From a bacterium (GTDB taxonomy: Bacteria; Zhuqueibacterota; Zhuqueibacteria; Residuimicrobiales; Krinioviventaceae), in contig CAXXMD010000003.1 of assembly GCA_963675755.2 (NCBI GenBank), positions 3,168,001 to 3,232,000 of the forward strand: a stretch of DNA of 64,000 nt. The letters run 5' to 3'. A program made the translations under genes and the position numbers. Each line of letters begins with the position of its first letter. Within the stretch, counting starts at the first letter, position 1. Shown here piece by piece: positions 28,056-38,201 of this stretch. The notes beneath the pieces were generated by a model that saw only the letters and a program-made list of their open reading frames with translations, was not told where the DNA came from and searched no databases.

Positions 28056-29060
28056 ATGTTAAAGAGAACACTTTTATTGTTACTGGGTTTGTCACTGGTC
28101 TTGTTCCTGTTTGGTTGTAGCGATGATGATGACAGTCCTGCTGAAACCGAAACTGTAGATGAATTTAGTTTAATGACAGATGTTGGTGATGTATATTTTA
28201 CAGATTATACCACAACCGGTGGCAATGCTGTGAATGTTTCTATTTCTGCTGTATTCCCGATTTTGGCTGATGGCGATGCATCAAATGATCCATTGATCCT
28301 TGATTATCGTTCAGCTGCTGACTATGCAACCGGTCACTTGACAGGTGCTATCAATATTTCATTGGGAAGTTTGATGGATAAAATTGAAGATGGTACCATA
28401 ACCAAAGACAAGACCGTTTTGAACGTGTGTTATACCGGTCAAACCGCAAGTTTTGCTACCAGTATTTTGAATCTGTTGGGTTATGAAGCAGAAAACCTAC
28501 TTTATGGTATGTGTGGTGTTACTACAGATGCTTCTGTCAATGGTACTGACAAATGGAGCTCTCAGGTTGCATCTGATGAATTTGCAGCGCAATTGGTTGC
28601 TTCTGTCTCTACTACTACTACTGAATATGATTTTCCGTCAATTTCTACAAGCCAAACAACTGCAGAAGAAGTTATTACAGAACAATTTAAATCTGTAGGT
28701 GCAAGTGGTTGGACTATTTCTGCCGGAGATGTTTTTGCTAATCCTTCCGGTTATTTTGTCATCAATTACTGGCCACAGGCTGAATACGAAGCACCGGGTC
28801 ATATTCCGGGTGCATATTGTTTCCCACCCAAATCTTCTTTGCAGAAAGCAGAAATGTTGAAACTGCTGCCTACTGACAAAACAATCGTTGTATATTGCTA
28901 TACAGGTCAAACCTCTGCTCAGGTTACTGCTTATCTGCGTATGTTGGGTTATGACGCGAAAAGCTTGTTGTATGGTGTAAATGGTTTTGCTTATAATGCA
29001 TTAGCCGGCCATAAATACTCTGCACCAGCAGACGATTACTCAGCAATTATCGTAAAATAA
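28056..29060 (+). CDS. Tandem rhodanese-domain lipoprotein (sulfurtransferase)
   Basis: Lipobox LFGC; ILDYRSAADYATGHLTGAINI and GHIPGA; two active-site loops CYTGQTA and CYTGQTS. Confidence 0.88.
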   Translation: MLKRTLLLLLGLSLVLFLFGCSDDDDSPAETETVDEFSLMTDVGDVYFTDYTTTGGNAVNVSISAVFPILADGDASNDPLILDYRSAADYATGHLTGAINISLGSLMDKIEDGTITKDKTVLNVCYTGQTASFATSILNLLGYEAENLLYGMCGVTTDASVNGTDKWSSQVASDEFAAQLVASVSTTTTEYDFPSISTSQTTAEEVITEQFKSVGASGWTISAGDVFANPSGYFVINYWPQAEYEAPGHIPGAYCFPPKSSLQKAEMLKLLPTDKTIVVYCYTGQTSAQVTAYLRMLGYDAKSLLYGVNGFAYNALAGHKYSAPADDYSAIIVK

Positions 29061-29070
29061 ATCCTGCAAA

Positions 29071-29115
29071 AATCCGAGACTGTGAAATTTTTTACAGTCT
29101 CGGGTTGCTTTTTTG
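29071..29115 (+). terminator. Intra-operon hairpin/terminator
   Basis: AATCCGAGACTGT...ACAGTCTCGGGTT followed by GCTTTTTT. Confidence 0.7.
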
Positions 29116-29181
29116 TTTTTTATATATTATCATTCAGTATAATCAAATATGCGCGGTTCCAAATATATCGCGGGAAAAATT

Positions 29182-30360
29182 ATGAAAAAAATCATTCCAA
29201 TTCTGGTGCTGTTATCAAGTATGTGCCTGCAAGCACAGGGCCTGGTATTTCACGGAAAGGTCAGGAACTCTGTTTACAGTTACGAGAGTGATGAACAGCA
29301 TAATCGGGCTTATCAGTATTTGCGTTTCAGCCTTGCAACTGCTGATAAAAAGTTCCGTATCAATTCATCTGTACGTGCGCTTACAGATTTTAACGAAACC
29401 ATAGACAGCGATCTTCGTTTCAAAGCTTATGCGTTGAATCTTGAAGCCAACGATCTTTTAGGCCGGGTAGATTTAAAGCTGGGACGCCAGTTCTTACATC
29501 CTGGAACTGTTTTAGGCGCTCTCGATGGTCTGTCTGGCTCTGTCAAGATCAATAAAATGTTTTCTGTAGAGGGTTATGCCGGAACAGAATCACATTTTGA
29601 TCGTATTTTCAAGGTCTACGAGCTGGATGACAGTTTTGTTGCCGGTGGTTTGTTTAATGTTAAAAATCTGTATTCAACCAATCTGCAGCTTTTATATTTG
29701 CATAAATCCAATGTTGATACAACCTTGTTTCAACTCGCTGGTTTAAATGTCACCAATTATACTTTGGATAAAACGCATTTTAATGTTCAGGCGCATTATG
29801 ATATGCAAAATGAACGTATGCATCGCTTGATTGCTTCTGTTCGTCAGGAGTTGTTGGGCAATATGGCGGTTAACCTCAGGTATAAAAGCCAATATCCCCA
29901 GGTTTACACAAACTCGTTTTTTTCTATTTTTTCCCCCAAGGCTTATAAACAATATCATGCAGGGCTGAGTTACGAATTTTATAAAGATTATTATATCAGT
30001 ACGCAATACCAGCTGGTCCAGTTTGATGATGGTAACGCAAACAAGGTGTTTTTTACTGTAAATGGAATGAATGCCAGTGCCGGAGTTTTATATGAAAGCG
30101 GTTACGCAGGCGATCAATTATCTCTTATGTTTGATTATGCATATGAAGTGATTGAAAATCTCTATGCGTCAATTAATCTTGATTATTCGAAATACAGAAC
30201 AGAAGAATTGTATGAATATGATAATCAATTGGCAAACGCGTTGCGCTTGAATTATCGACTCAACAAGAACTGGATCATTGATTTGGAATATCAATGGTTG
30301 AATAACAAATTTACAGAAAATGATTCCCGTTTTCTGAATCATATTACGTATAGATGGTAA
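29182..30360 (+). CDS. Outer-membrane beta-barrel (porin) protein
   Basis: Signal peptide, alternating amphipathic strands, LKLGRQF...LDG motif, C-terminal aromatic ITYRW. Confidence 0.78.
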   Translation: MKKIIPILVLLSSMCLQAQGLVFHGKVRNSVYSYESDEQHNRAYQYLRFSLATADKKFRINSSVRALTDFNETIDSDLRFKAYALNLEANDLLGRVDLKLGRQFLHPGTVLGALDGLSGSVKINKMFSVEGYAGTESHFDRIFKVYELDDSFVAGGLFNVKNLYSTNLQLLYLHKSNVDTTLFQLAGLNVTNYTLDKTHFNVQAHYDMQNERMHRLIASVRQELLGNMAVNLRYKSQYPQVYTNSFFSIFSPKAYKQYHAGLSYEFYKDYYISTQYQLVQFDDGNANKVFFTVNGMNASAGVLYESGYAGDQLSLMFDYAYEVIENLYASINLDYSKYRTEELYEYDNQLANALRLNYRLNKNWIIDLEYQWLNNKFTENDSRFLNHITYRW

Positions 30361-30375
30361 TTGAAGGATTTTCCA

Positions 30376-31242
30376 ATGAAATATAAAATTGGTATTTTAG
30401 CATTATTCCTGTTGGTTTCTGTTTCTTTGGGACAGAATGTAGAACTGATCTTTTCACATCAGTTCCATGCTGTAGATGTTGAGGCCGAATGTTCTGCTTG
30501 TCACGTTGCGGCTGACACCAGTACAATGGCAATGCATAATCTGCTTCCTGATATGGAGACCTGTTATACCTGTCATGATGAAGATACGGATTGTACCGTA
30601 TGTCACAAAGACCCTGACAATGCTGTCCCGTATCCGCGTATTGAGCAATATATTGCCAAGTTTCCACACGCAACACATGTGGAAAATGAGGTTGCATGCG
30701 AAACATGCCATGCCGGTGTAGCAGCAAGCAGCAATATTCTTGACAGTCATTTGCCTGATATGGGTGCATGTATGAATTGTCATACTGAACTTGAACAGCC
30801 GGACTATTGTATTACCTGCCATGCAGAATCTGAAGATTTGATGCCAGCTGACCATAAACTGGACTGGACAAAATCGCATGGATTTGCAGCACAGGCTGAT
30901 CAGGAATGTTCAATTTGTCATACAGAAGACCAGTGTCTTGATTGTCACCAGGGTGACAACCTTGATCACAAAGTGCACCCGTTGAATTTTGTCAACAATC
31001 ATGCTATCTTTGCCAAGGGCAACAAGGACAACTGTTTGACCTGTCATGAAGAACTGCTGTCATGTGTCGATTGTCATCAACAGGAACTGGTAATGCCCGC
31101 AAACCATTCCAGTGCAGGATGGTCCAACTTTACAACCGGTGGCCGCCATGCACGTGAAGCCCTTCAGGATCTCGATTCCTGTGTTAGTTGTCATAATGAC
31201 GCTGTAGGTGATCCGGTTTGTTTGACCTGTCATCAACAATAA
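30376..31242 (+). CDS. Periplasmic dodecaheme cytochrome c (cytochrome c3/c7-like repeats)
   Basis: Signal peptide; 12 CXXCH motifs counted; FSHQFH and FPHATH distal-His motifs. Confidence 0.9.
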   Translation: MKYKIGILALFLLVSVSLGQNVELIFSHQFHAVDVEAECSACHVAADTSTMAMHNLLPDMETCYTCHDEDTDCTVCHKDPDNAVPYPRIEQYIAKFPHATHVENEVACETCHAGVAASSNILDSHLPDMGACMNCHTELEQPDYCITCHAESEDLMPADHKLDWTKSHGFAAQADQECSICHTEDQCLDCHQGDNLDHKVHPLNFVNNHAIFAKGNKDNCLTCHEELLSCVDCHQQELVMPANHSSAGWSNFTTGGRHAREALQDLDSCVSCHNDAVGDPVCLTCHQQ

Positions 31243-31264
31243 TATTTGATTTAAATAGATTATT

Positions 31265-31299
31265 AAAGGTGCTGTAATTTTTTTACAGCACCTTTTTTT
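31265..31299. terminator. Bidirectional terminator
   Basis: AAAGGTGCTGTAA...TTACAGCACCTTT plus a T-tract, between convergent genes. Confidence 0.8.
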
Positions 31300-31314
31300 A
31301 TGTCGTTTGATGAA

Positions 31315-31974
31315 TTATAGGATTTGCATTTGATCGGCAGGATATTGCTGCAGTAGTTTGAATGCTTCATCTGGTGATGTAGTTTTACTCAACCAAATGT
31401 CCTGATCGTTGTCTTTGAGTATGACCGGCATTCGGGTATGAGGGATTTGTAGCAATGTTTCATTGGCTTCAATGGTAATCAAGGTGCAGGAAAAGATTTG
31501 ATCATTACCCGGTAATGTGCAAATATCCCACAAAGCTGCAAAAGAAAATATTTCCTGATCTAATAATTGAATACGTTTTTCAACTCTTTTTTGATCTTTG
31601 GGGGCCAGTTTTTTATCCGGCCACTCAAAGAATGAAGTTGCGGGGATAATGCATCTTTGTCCCTTTTTCCAAGCGGATTTATAAGAAGCTTTTTCTGTCA
31701 GCGTTTCATAGCGGGCATTAAAGGTGCTAAATTTTTTTTCTTTTAGGGGTTTGTTCCACCATGAAGGAATAATGTCCCAGCGAAAGAGGTTAATCTTACG
31801 GACACCATTGTCTTCCAGAATAACAGGTACTTTTGATTGGCTTTCGCCCCGTGCGGGAAAGAAATCCTGCGTGCTAAAGAGCTTGTCTAATTCTTCGGGA
31901 GGAATGTGTTCCAGTCCATATTTTTCAACAAGGTTTTTGAGCCTCATATAGTTTATGGCAAAATGACCACACAT
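31315..31974 (-). CDS. SOS response-associated peptidase (SRAP; YedK/HMCES family)
   Basis: N-terminal MCG, FNARYET, RCIIPATSFFEW, HTRMPVIL. Confidence 0.9.
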   Translation of the reverse strand: MCGHFAINYMRLKNLVEKYGLEHIPPEELDKLFSTQDFFPARGESQSKVPVILEDNGVRKINLFRWDIIPSWWNKPLKEKKFSTFNARYETLTEKASYKSAWKKGQRCIIPATSFFEWPDKKLAPKDQKRVEKRIQLLDQEIFSFAALWDICTLPGNDQIFSCTLITIEANETLLQIPHTRMPVILKDNDQDIWLSKTTSPDEAFKLLQQYPADQMQIL

Positions 31975-32177
31975 TTAAAAATCCTTTTGTTAGGTTATCC
32001 AGCTGGGTCTGTATAAATTTAACAATTTGATTAATAGATTTTTTCCCTGATTTATAATGCAAAAATAGGAAATAATATTCTAATAAAACAGTGAATTCTT
32101 GCTTATTGTAATTGATTTTCATACAATAGCAATTGCAGAAAATTCATTAAATTTCACATAAATTACAGGAGTGATGT

Positions 32178-33530
32178 ATGGATGCGCTATATCTTTCTCG
32201 ATTACAGTTTGCGCTAACAATTGCGTTCCATTATCTGTTTCCTCCCATTTCTATCGGTCTGGGTTTATTACTGGTATTCATGGAGGGGATGTATTTAAAA
32301 ACCAAAAATCAGTTGTATCACCGGATGACCCGCTTTTGGGTTAAGGTTTTCGGACTTGTGTTCGCACTGGGTGTTGCATCTGGTATTGTGATGGAGTTCC
32401 AGTTTGGTACAAACTGGTCTACCTATTCACGCTTTGTGGGTGATGTCTTTGGCAGTGCGCTTGCTGCTGAAGGTATTTTCGCTTTTTTCCTGGAATCCGG
32501 GTTCCTCGCAGTTTTGTTATTCGGCTGGAATAAGGTTAAACCCAGAACTCATTTCTTTTCAACAATTATGGTGGCGTTTGGTGCGCATTTCAGTGCCGTT
32601 TGGATTGTTGTTGCAAATTCATGGCAGCAAACTCCGGCGGGTTATCATATTGTAGAAACTGCTAATGGTGCACGCGCTGAAATTGTAGACTTTTGGGCCA
32701 TGCTTTTTAATCCATCAACCGTTGACAGATTGAGTCATACACTTATGGGAGCATGGCAGGCCGGTGCGTTCTTTGTGATCAGTGTAAGTGCATGGTATTT
32801 AATTAAAAACAAACATGTTGATTTTGCCAAGGCAGGACTTAAAATAGCTCTTATTTTTGCAGCAGCAGCATCCATGCTGCAATTGGTTACAGGACATTCA
32901 AGTGCTGTTACCGTATCTGAAACACAGCCAGCCAAGCTTGCTGCAATGGAAGCTCATTTTGATGAAATGGCACCTGCAGATCTCTATCTTTTTGGTTGGG
33001 TGAATTCAGATAATCAACGAGTTAATTTTGGTGTTCGCATACCGGGTATGCTCAGTTTTCTGGTTTACGGTGATTCAAACAAACCATTAAAAGGTTTAAA
33101 TGCATTCCCTGAGGATGAACATCCGCCTGTAAATGTGGTGTTTCAAGCATACCATATTATGGTAGCAGTGGGTATGTTTCTCATCCTGATCTCCTGGTTG
33201 GGATTGGTATTATTATGGAAAGATAAAGTCTATAAAACCAGATGGTTGTTATGGGTGTATGTTTTTTCAGTATTGGGCCCTCAAATTGCCAATCAACTTG
33301 GGTGGATAACTGCTGAAGTTGGCAGACAACCCTGGATTGTTTATGGTTTATTGAAAACCAAGGATGCTTATTCTCCGGTTGTTAGTGGCGGACAGGTTTT
33401 AACATCAATTATTCTTTTCGGATTTATTTATCTATTATTGTTTGCCTTGTTTGTCTATTTGCTGAATGAAAAAATCAAAAACGGACCGGAGCTTGAGGAG
33501 AAAACCATAGAGGAGGGACATTTGGCATGA
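32178..33530 (+). CDS. cydA: Cytochrome bd ubiquinol oxidase subunit I
   Basis: [50 protein letters not shown]. Confidence 0.97.
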   Translation: MDALYLSRLQFALTIAFHYLFPPISIGLGLLLVFMEGMYLKTKNQLYHRMTRFWVKVFGLVFALGVASGIVMEFQFGTNWSTYSRFVGDVFGSALAAEGIFAFFLESGFLAVLLFGWNKVKPRTHFFSTIMVAFGAHFSAVWIVVANSWQQTPAGYHIVETANGARAEIVDFWAMLFNPSTVDRLSHTLMGAWQAGAFFVISVSAWYLIKNKHVDFAKAGLKIALIFAAAASMLQLVTGHSSAVTVSETQPAKLAAMEAHFDEMAPADLYLFGWVNSDNQRVNFGVRIPGMLSFLVYGDSNKPLKGLNAFPEDEHPPVNVVFQAYHIMVAVGMFLILISWLGLVLLWKDKVYKTRWLLWVYVFSVLGPQIANQLGWITAEVGRQPWIVYGLLKTKDAYSPVVSGGQVLTSIILFGFIYLLLFALFVYLLNEKIKNGPELEEKTIEEGHLA

Positions 33531-34555
33531 GTTTAGTATTTGATTTAAATACAATCTGGTTCTTCCTGGTGGGTATACTTTTAACCGGGTATGCAATTCT
33601 TGATGGATTTGATTTGGGAATTGGTGCATTGCACCTTTTTGCTGAAACTGATCATGATCGTAGAATAATGCTCAACTCTATTGGACCCATCTGGGATGGA
33701 AATGAAGTATGGCTGGTTACCGGGGGTGGTGCATTGTTTGCCGCTTTTCCCGAAGTTTATGCTACTGCATTTTCAGGCTTTTATATGGCCCTTATGTTAT
33801 TGTTATTTAGTCTCATATTCCGGGCTGTTGCTATAGACTTTCGCAGCAAGCAGTCTTCAAAAGTTTGGCGTAAAACCTGGGATATCAGTTTTACTATTAG
33901 TAGCATAGTTGCTTCGTTGCTTATTGGTACTGCACTTGGAAATGTAGCGTGGGGTGTGCCCTTGGACGCAAGTCACGAGTATGCCGGTTCTTTCTGGACG
34001 CTTTTGAATCCCTATTCTTTATTGGTAGGTGTTTTGGTTGTTGTATTGTTCATGATGCATGGTGCTCTTTATGGTATCCTCAAAACTGAAGGGGATTTGC
34101 AGAAAAAATTGGGTAAATTGTTCAGAACCAATTTTGTCTTGTTTGGCATTGGTTATATAGTTGTAACCATTGCAACATTATTGTTTGCTGATAATATTAC
34201 TGAACATTACAAATCAAGTCCTGCTTTGATGGTTTTTCCTGTTATTAATGTTTTATTGATTGTAAATGTTTGGTGGCAGCACCATAGAGGTAAAGACCTT
34301 GCAGCGTTCTTATCTTCTTGCTTTACGATACTGTTGCTTATGTTGATCTTTGGGTTGGGTATTTATCCGGATATGTTGTATTCTAATCCTGTTGCCGGTA
34401 ATACACTGGATATTTACAATGCCGCATCTTCACAAAAAACTTTAAAAATCATGCTGACAATCGCTTTGATCGGTATGCCCTTTGTGATTATGTATACTTC
34501 AACTATTTTTTGGATATTCAGAGGTAAGGTCAAGCTGGATTCTAGTAGTTATTAA
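33527..34555 (+). CDS. cydB: Cytochrome bd ubiquinol oxidase subunit II
   Basis: LDGFDLGIG, IGPIWDGNEVWL; ATGA overlap with cydA. Confidence 0.97.
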   Translation: MSLVFDLNTIWFFLVGILLTGYAILDGFDLGIGALHLFAETDHDRRIMLNSIGPIWDGNEVWLVTGGGALFAAFPEVYATAFSGFYMALMLLLFSLIFRAVAIDFRSKQSSKVWRKTWDISFTISSIVASLLIGTALGNVAWGVPLDASHEYAGSFWTLLNPYSLLVGVLVVVLFMMHGALYGILKTEGDLQKKLGKLFRTNFVLFGIGYIVVTIATLLFADNITEHYKSSPALMVFPVINVLLIVNVWWQHHRGKDLAAFLSSCFTILLLMLIFGLGIYPDMLYSNPVAGNTLDIYNAASSQKTLKIMLTIALIGMPFVIMYTSTIFWIFRGKVKLDSSSY

Positions 34556-34559
34556 ATTC

Positions 34560-34590
34560 AAGCGCATCAGGTTTCTGGTGCGCTTTTTTT
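34560..34590. terminator. Terminator between convergent genes
   Basis: AAGCGCATCAG-GTTT-CTGGTGCGCTT plus a T-tract. Confidence 0.75.
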
Positions 34591-35851
34591 ATGCAATGCT
34601 GCTATTACCTGTTGTATCTATCTCTTGTTGACAATCCGGGCACAAACCCTGGCTGAACCGGGCTTTGGTATGACTAGCCATATAATTTTCAACTTCGTGC
34701 CAGTAGCCTTTATCATCCCGTATTTTTTTACAACTTGCACAAATAGGCAAAAGCCCGCTCAATTCTTTGACTTCATTAAGGGTTTTTGAAAGTTCATCAA
34801 CCAGTTTTTTCTGTTCTTTTTCAAGCTCTTTTTGTTCTGTGATATTGTTTAATATAACCAGTTGACCAAAATTCTGCTTTCCCTTCTTGTCGACCAAAGT
34901 AATTTTAATATCGTAAAATGTTGATTCGGGATTGTTATGTTCCAGTTCTGTTCTTATAGGGGTCTGTTTTTGGATCAATTCGAGTAACGCAGGCCACGCT
35001 GTTAAAACTGTATTGATATTTTTTCCCAAAAGATCATCAGTATAGTCAAGAATGTTATAGATAGCAGGATTTGCATCTACAATGCGGTCTTTGGAGTCAA
35101 TGACAAGCAAACCTTCTGCCATGGTATCAACCAGATTGTGACGTGCAATAGGTAAGAGTATAAAAATTTTAAATCTGTAAATGGTATAAAATAAAATTAC
35201 ACCGGATATCATCATGGTTAGTGGAGTTATATCAAGCCCAGGTAATGGATTCAGTTTAAAAACATAAATTATATTACCAATAAATGACATAAAAGAAGCA
35301 ACCAGAATTAAAATGGTTTGGCTTTTATATTTACCTTTAAACCGTTTGGTTGCAATTACAAGGTTGTAAATTCCCAGTGTAATGATTGTATATGTAAAAG
35401 CGATAAAAATCCAAAAAAACAATCCATAGGTGTAATAAACTCCCTTTGTTGATTCTACTATTTTCAGACTTTTCCAAATTAAATGATGGTAATTATTTGA
35501 TAAAACAAGTAAAAAAGTAATTAAAGGAATTGTAAAAATAAGGATATAAAAACGTCTATTATATTTTTTCGTTTTTTTATTATATTGCAAGGCAAACATG
35601 AAAAAGAATACCGCAGTAACACTGATACCAATATAAGAGATTTGTGACCACAATAATTTTAAATCCAAAGTTGTTGCCGCAATTTTAAAAGCATTACCAA
35701 AAGACCAAATAGTAACAGCAAATTCCATCAAGCCCAGGTATTTGATTTCAAGGTTTACACAACGACGGCATATTACTACTGCAACGAGTAAAGACAAGGC
35801 TGCACCAGCCAAATAGATGTTACTAAAAATTGTAAACTGGTAGTCTGGCAA
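34589..35851 (-). CDS. HisKA_7TM + PAS sensor with C-terminal Cys-rich domain, no kinase domain
   Basis: 7 TM segments with SYIG and TNxxH-like motifs; PAS (DRIVDANPA); tail LLPICASCKKIRDDKGYW...GLCPDC. Confidence 0.8.
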   Translation of the reverse strand: MPDYQFTIFSNIYLAGAALSLLVAVVICRRCVNLEIKYLGLMEFAVTIWSFGNAFKIAATTLDLKLLWSQISYIGISVTAVFFFMFALQYNKKTKKYNRRFYILIFTIPLITFLLVLSNNYHHLIWKSLKIVESTKGVYYTYGLFFWIFIAFTYTIITLGIYNLVIATKRFKGKYKSQTILILVASFMSFIGNIIYVFKLNPLPGLDITPLTMMISGVILFYTIYRFKIFILLPIARHNLVDTMAEGLLVIDSKDRIVDANPAIYNILDYTDDLLGKNINTVLTAWPALLELIQKQTPIRTELEHNNPESTFYDIKITLVDKKGKQNFGQLVILNNITEQKELEKEQKKLVDELSKTLNEVKELSGLLPICASCKKIRDDKGYWHEVENYMASHTKARFSQGLCPDCQQEIDTTGNSSIA

Positions 35852-35917
35852 TTATTAATCCTTTGAATTTATATGAATAACATCAAGTGCAATGTTGTAA
35901 ATACTAGTAAATGGTGA

Positions 35918-37177
35918 TCAGGTTTTCGGAAATTCCGGGTAAAGACGGTTTCTACACTCCGGGCAGATGCCATGAGTAAAGTGAGCGTCAGAATGATTCA
36001 TGACAAAAGCTTCAACCTGGTGCCAATAGCCTTTATCATCACGGATTTTTTTACACTTGCCGCAAATTGGCAATAATCCACTCAACTGTTTTACAGCATG
36101 AATAGCGTTTTGTAATTCGCTGATCAGTTTTTCCTGTTCCTTCGTAATGATAACTCTGGGTGTTATATCGTCCAGAATAACGAGTTTGCCAAAAGATACC
36201 TGGTCTCTTTGACGGATTTTATTAATTCTTACTTGATAGTATCTTTCATCACCATCTATATTTAAAGAAATGGTTTGATTGTTTGCATCTTTTTCGATAA
36301 TAGTTAAAAGCTCTGGTATTGATTTTAATTTTTCATTTATTTGATAGCCTATTAATTTTTTTTGAGGGATATTGAAAAGTTTGATCATAACAGGATTTAT
36401 ATCAACAATTCTATCCAAATCGTCCAACGCTAAAAGTCCGTTTTGCAATTCATCTACCAATTGATGTCTGGCTATGGGCACAAGGTCAAATAGCTTGTAT
36501 TTTGTAACCGAAATAAAAAAGATCAAACCCGTAAATATCATGCCTATGGGAGCAAAATCCAGATTGAGGGTTGGATTTATATTAAGGACGTACATTAAAT
36601 TGCCAATTACCGGTATAATTGTGGCAATTACCAAAGCAATAATTTGGTTTTTGTAAAATTGAGGGAATTTAAAAAAAGATTTAAAAACCAGTATATATGA
36701 TATGATAATCAAAATATAACTATACACAGCATTAATCCAATACAAAGGTCCATGATAGTATTTTGCAATATTATTCTGTGGATTAATTTCAATCATAGTC
36801 CAAAAAAGTGTGTAATTCTCTTTATAGAAAATATTGAACAAGGTAATCGTTGGAATGATCAAAAGTATTGCCACAGTTTTAATGTTTATAATATAATGTT
36901 TTTGGGTAAAGGCAAGTGCAAATAGAAAAAATAATAACGGTGATGTAACAATACCCAGATAGGAAAATTGAGACCAAAGTATTTTTTGTTCTATACCTGT
37001 TCCCGCAACCTCGAATCCAACACATACAGCCCAAAAGGCTACTGAAAACTCTAGTGCTGCTAAATATCGACTTTCCTGAATTTGTCTTTTTTTTAATAGA
37101 AGGCCAATTACAAAAAGAGCAAATGCAGCCGAATAAAAATAAATGTTGCTCAATATTGAAAAATTATAATGTTCCAT
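35918..37177 (-). CDS. Paralogous HisKA_7TM + PAS sensor with C-terminal Cys-rich domain
   Basis: Same architecture; tail LLPICGKCKKIRDDKGYW...HGICPEC. Confidence 0.8.
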   Translation of the reverse strand: MEHYNFSILSNIYFYSAAFALFVIGLLLKKRQIQESRYLAALEFSVAFWAVCVGFEVAGTGIEQKILWSQFSYLGIVTSPLLFFLFALAFTQKHYIINIKTVAILLIIPTITLFNIFYKENYTLFWTMIEINPQNNIAKYYHGPLYWINAVYSYILIIISYILVFKSFFKFPQFYKNQIIALVIATIIPVIGNLMYVLNINPTLNLDFAPIGMIFTGLIFFISVTKYKLFDLVPIARHQLVDELQNGLLALDDLDRIVDINPVMIKLFNIPQKKLIGYQINEKLKSIPELLTIIEKDANNQTISLNIDGDERYYQVRINKIRQRDQVSFGKLVILDDITPRVIITKEQEKLISELQNAIHAVKQLSGLLPICGKCKKIRDDKGYWHQVEAFVMNHSDAHFTHGICPECRNRLYPEFPKT

Positions 37178-37278
37178 ATAATTGAATCACATTAATAAGA
37201 AAAAGTATGAAATAACTTTTTGATTTTGCTGTATTTTGACCAATGTAATGAAAATGTTCTACTCTTTCAATACTTTTA

Positions 37279-37977
37279 TCAAAATCCGATAGAAATACCC
37301 AATTGTAAAGTTATGAGATCTGTTCTGCTTTTGATTGTATCAAAAATAACCTTGTTGCCATCTGTATGGTTGTATCCGGTTATGATATTGGTTTCTCCGC
37401 CATACAAATAGCGTAACCGTAGATCGAGCCACATATCTTTAAAGGCATTTTCATCATTTGATGATGCAAAATCATAAATATGATACATGAAACCGGCACC
37501 TGCTCCATAACAAAAAACCTGATCTTTTTCAGTTGTCTCAAAGGTTGAGCCATCTTCTACAATACCGTAAATGGGGCCGGTAACTCCTCCGGATTCATCA
37601 AAGAGATGTTGAAATCCCAGCATGGCATCAAAGTATGGGCGAAATGTTTCGTTTGATATCTGGGTGCGAAAAATTAAAAGACCGATTATAGTACCCTGTA
37701 TGGATTCAGCGGAAACTTTGCCGGTTGGTGTGTTAAATTCCGCATTATCAGGATCAAAAAAAAGCGCGCTTGCTTCAATACCTGCCCAAAAGGGGTTGTC
37801 GCCCAATGACATCAAAAATGATCCGTCAAACCCATAGCCAAAATCGTTTACATTCTCTTTAAACTCACCGTTTGTCAAGCCTATTACAGGATGAAAATTT
37901 AGATAAACATTTTGAGAAAAAGTAGTACCAGCACAAAACAGAATAAATAATAAATAGAGTTTTCGTTTCATATTCAC
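37279..37977 (-). CDS. Small outer-membrane beta-barrel protein
   Basis: Signal peptide; RPYFDAMLG and YGAGAG; C-terminal LQLGISIGF. Confidence 0.7.
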   Translation of the reverse strand: MNMKRKLYLLFILFCAGTTFSQNVYLNFHPVIGLTNGEFKENVNDFGYGFDGSFLMSLGDNPFWAGIEASALFFDPDNAEFNTPTGKVSAESIQGTIIGLLIFRTQISNETFRPYFDAMLGFQHLFDESGGVTGPIYGIVEDGSTFETTEKDQVFCYGAGAGFMYHIYDFASSNDENAFKDMWLDLRLRYLYGGETNIITGYNHTDGNKVIFDTIKSRTDLITLQLGISIGF

Positions 37978-38201
37978 CTCAAAAAAGTTTGCTTGTATTA
38001 AAGACGTTTATTTTGGAAACGAGTTTCAAAGTGTCAATCTACTTGTTGTAAATGCAATTATTTTTTTCGTGTTTGTTAAAAGATTTCGAGCTTGATTACC
38101 GGGTACCCTAGTAGAATAACTGAAAAATTATAATGCGCATATTATATTTTGACTCAATTGGCCCTGATCTATTTGAATATTCATGATTCGTTCTTATAAT
38201 A

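Noticed and set aside
32040-32177. Rex/FNR site upstream of cydA
   Set aside because: Only half-site matches (e.g. TTCACAT) in very AT-rich DNA; no convincing palindrome.
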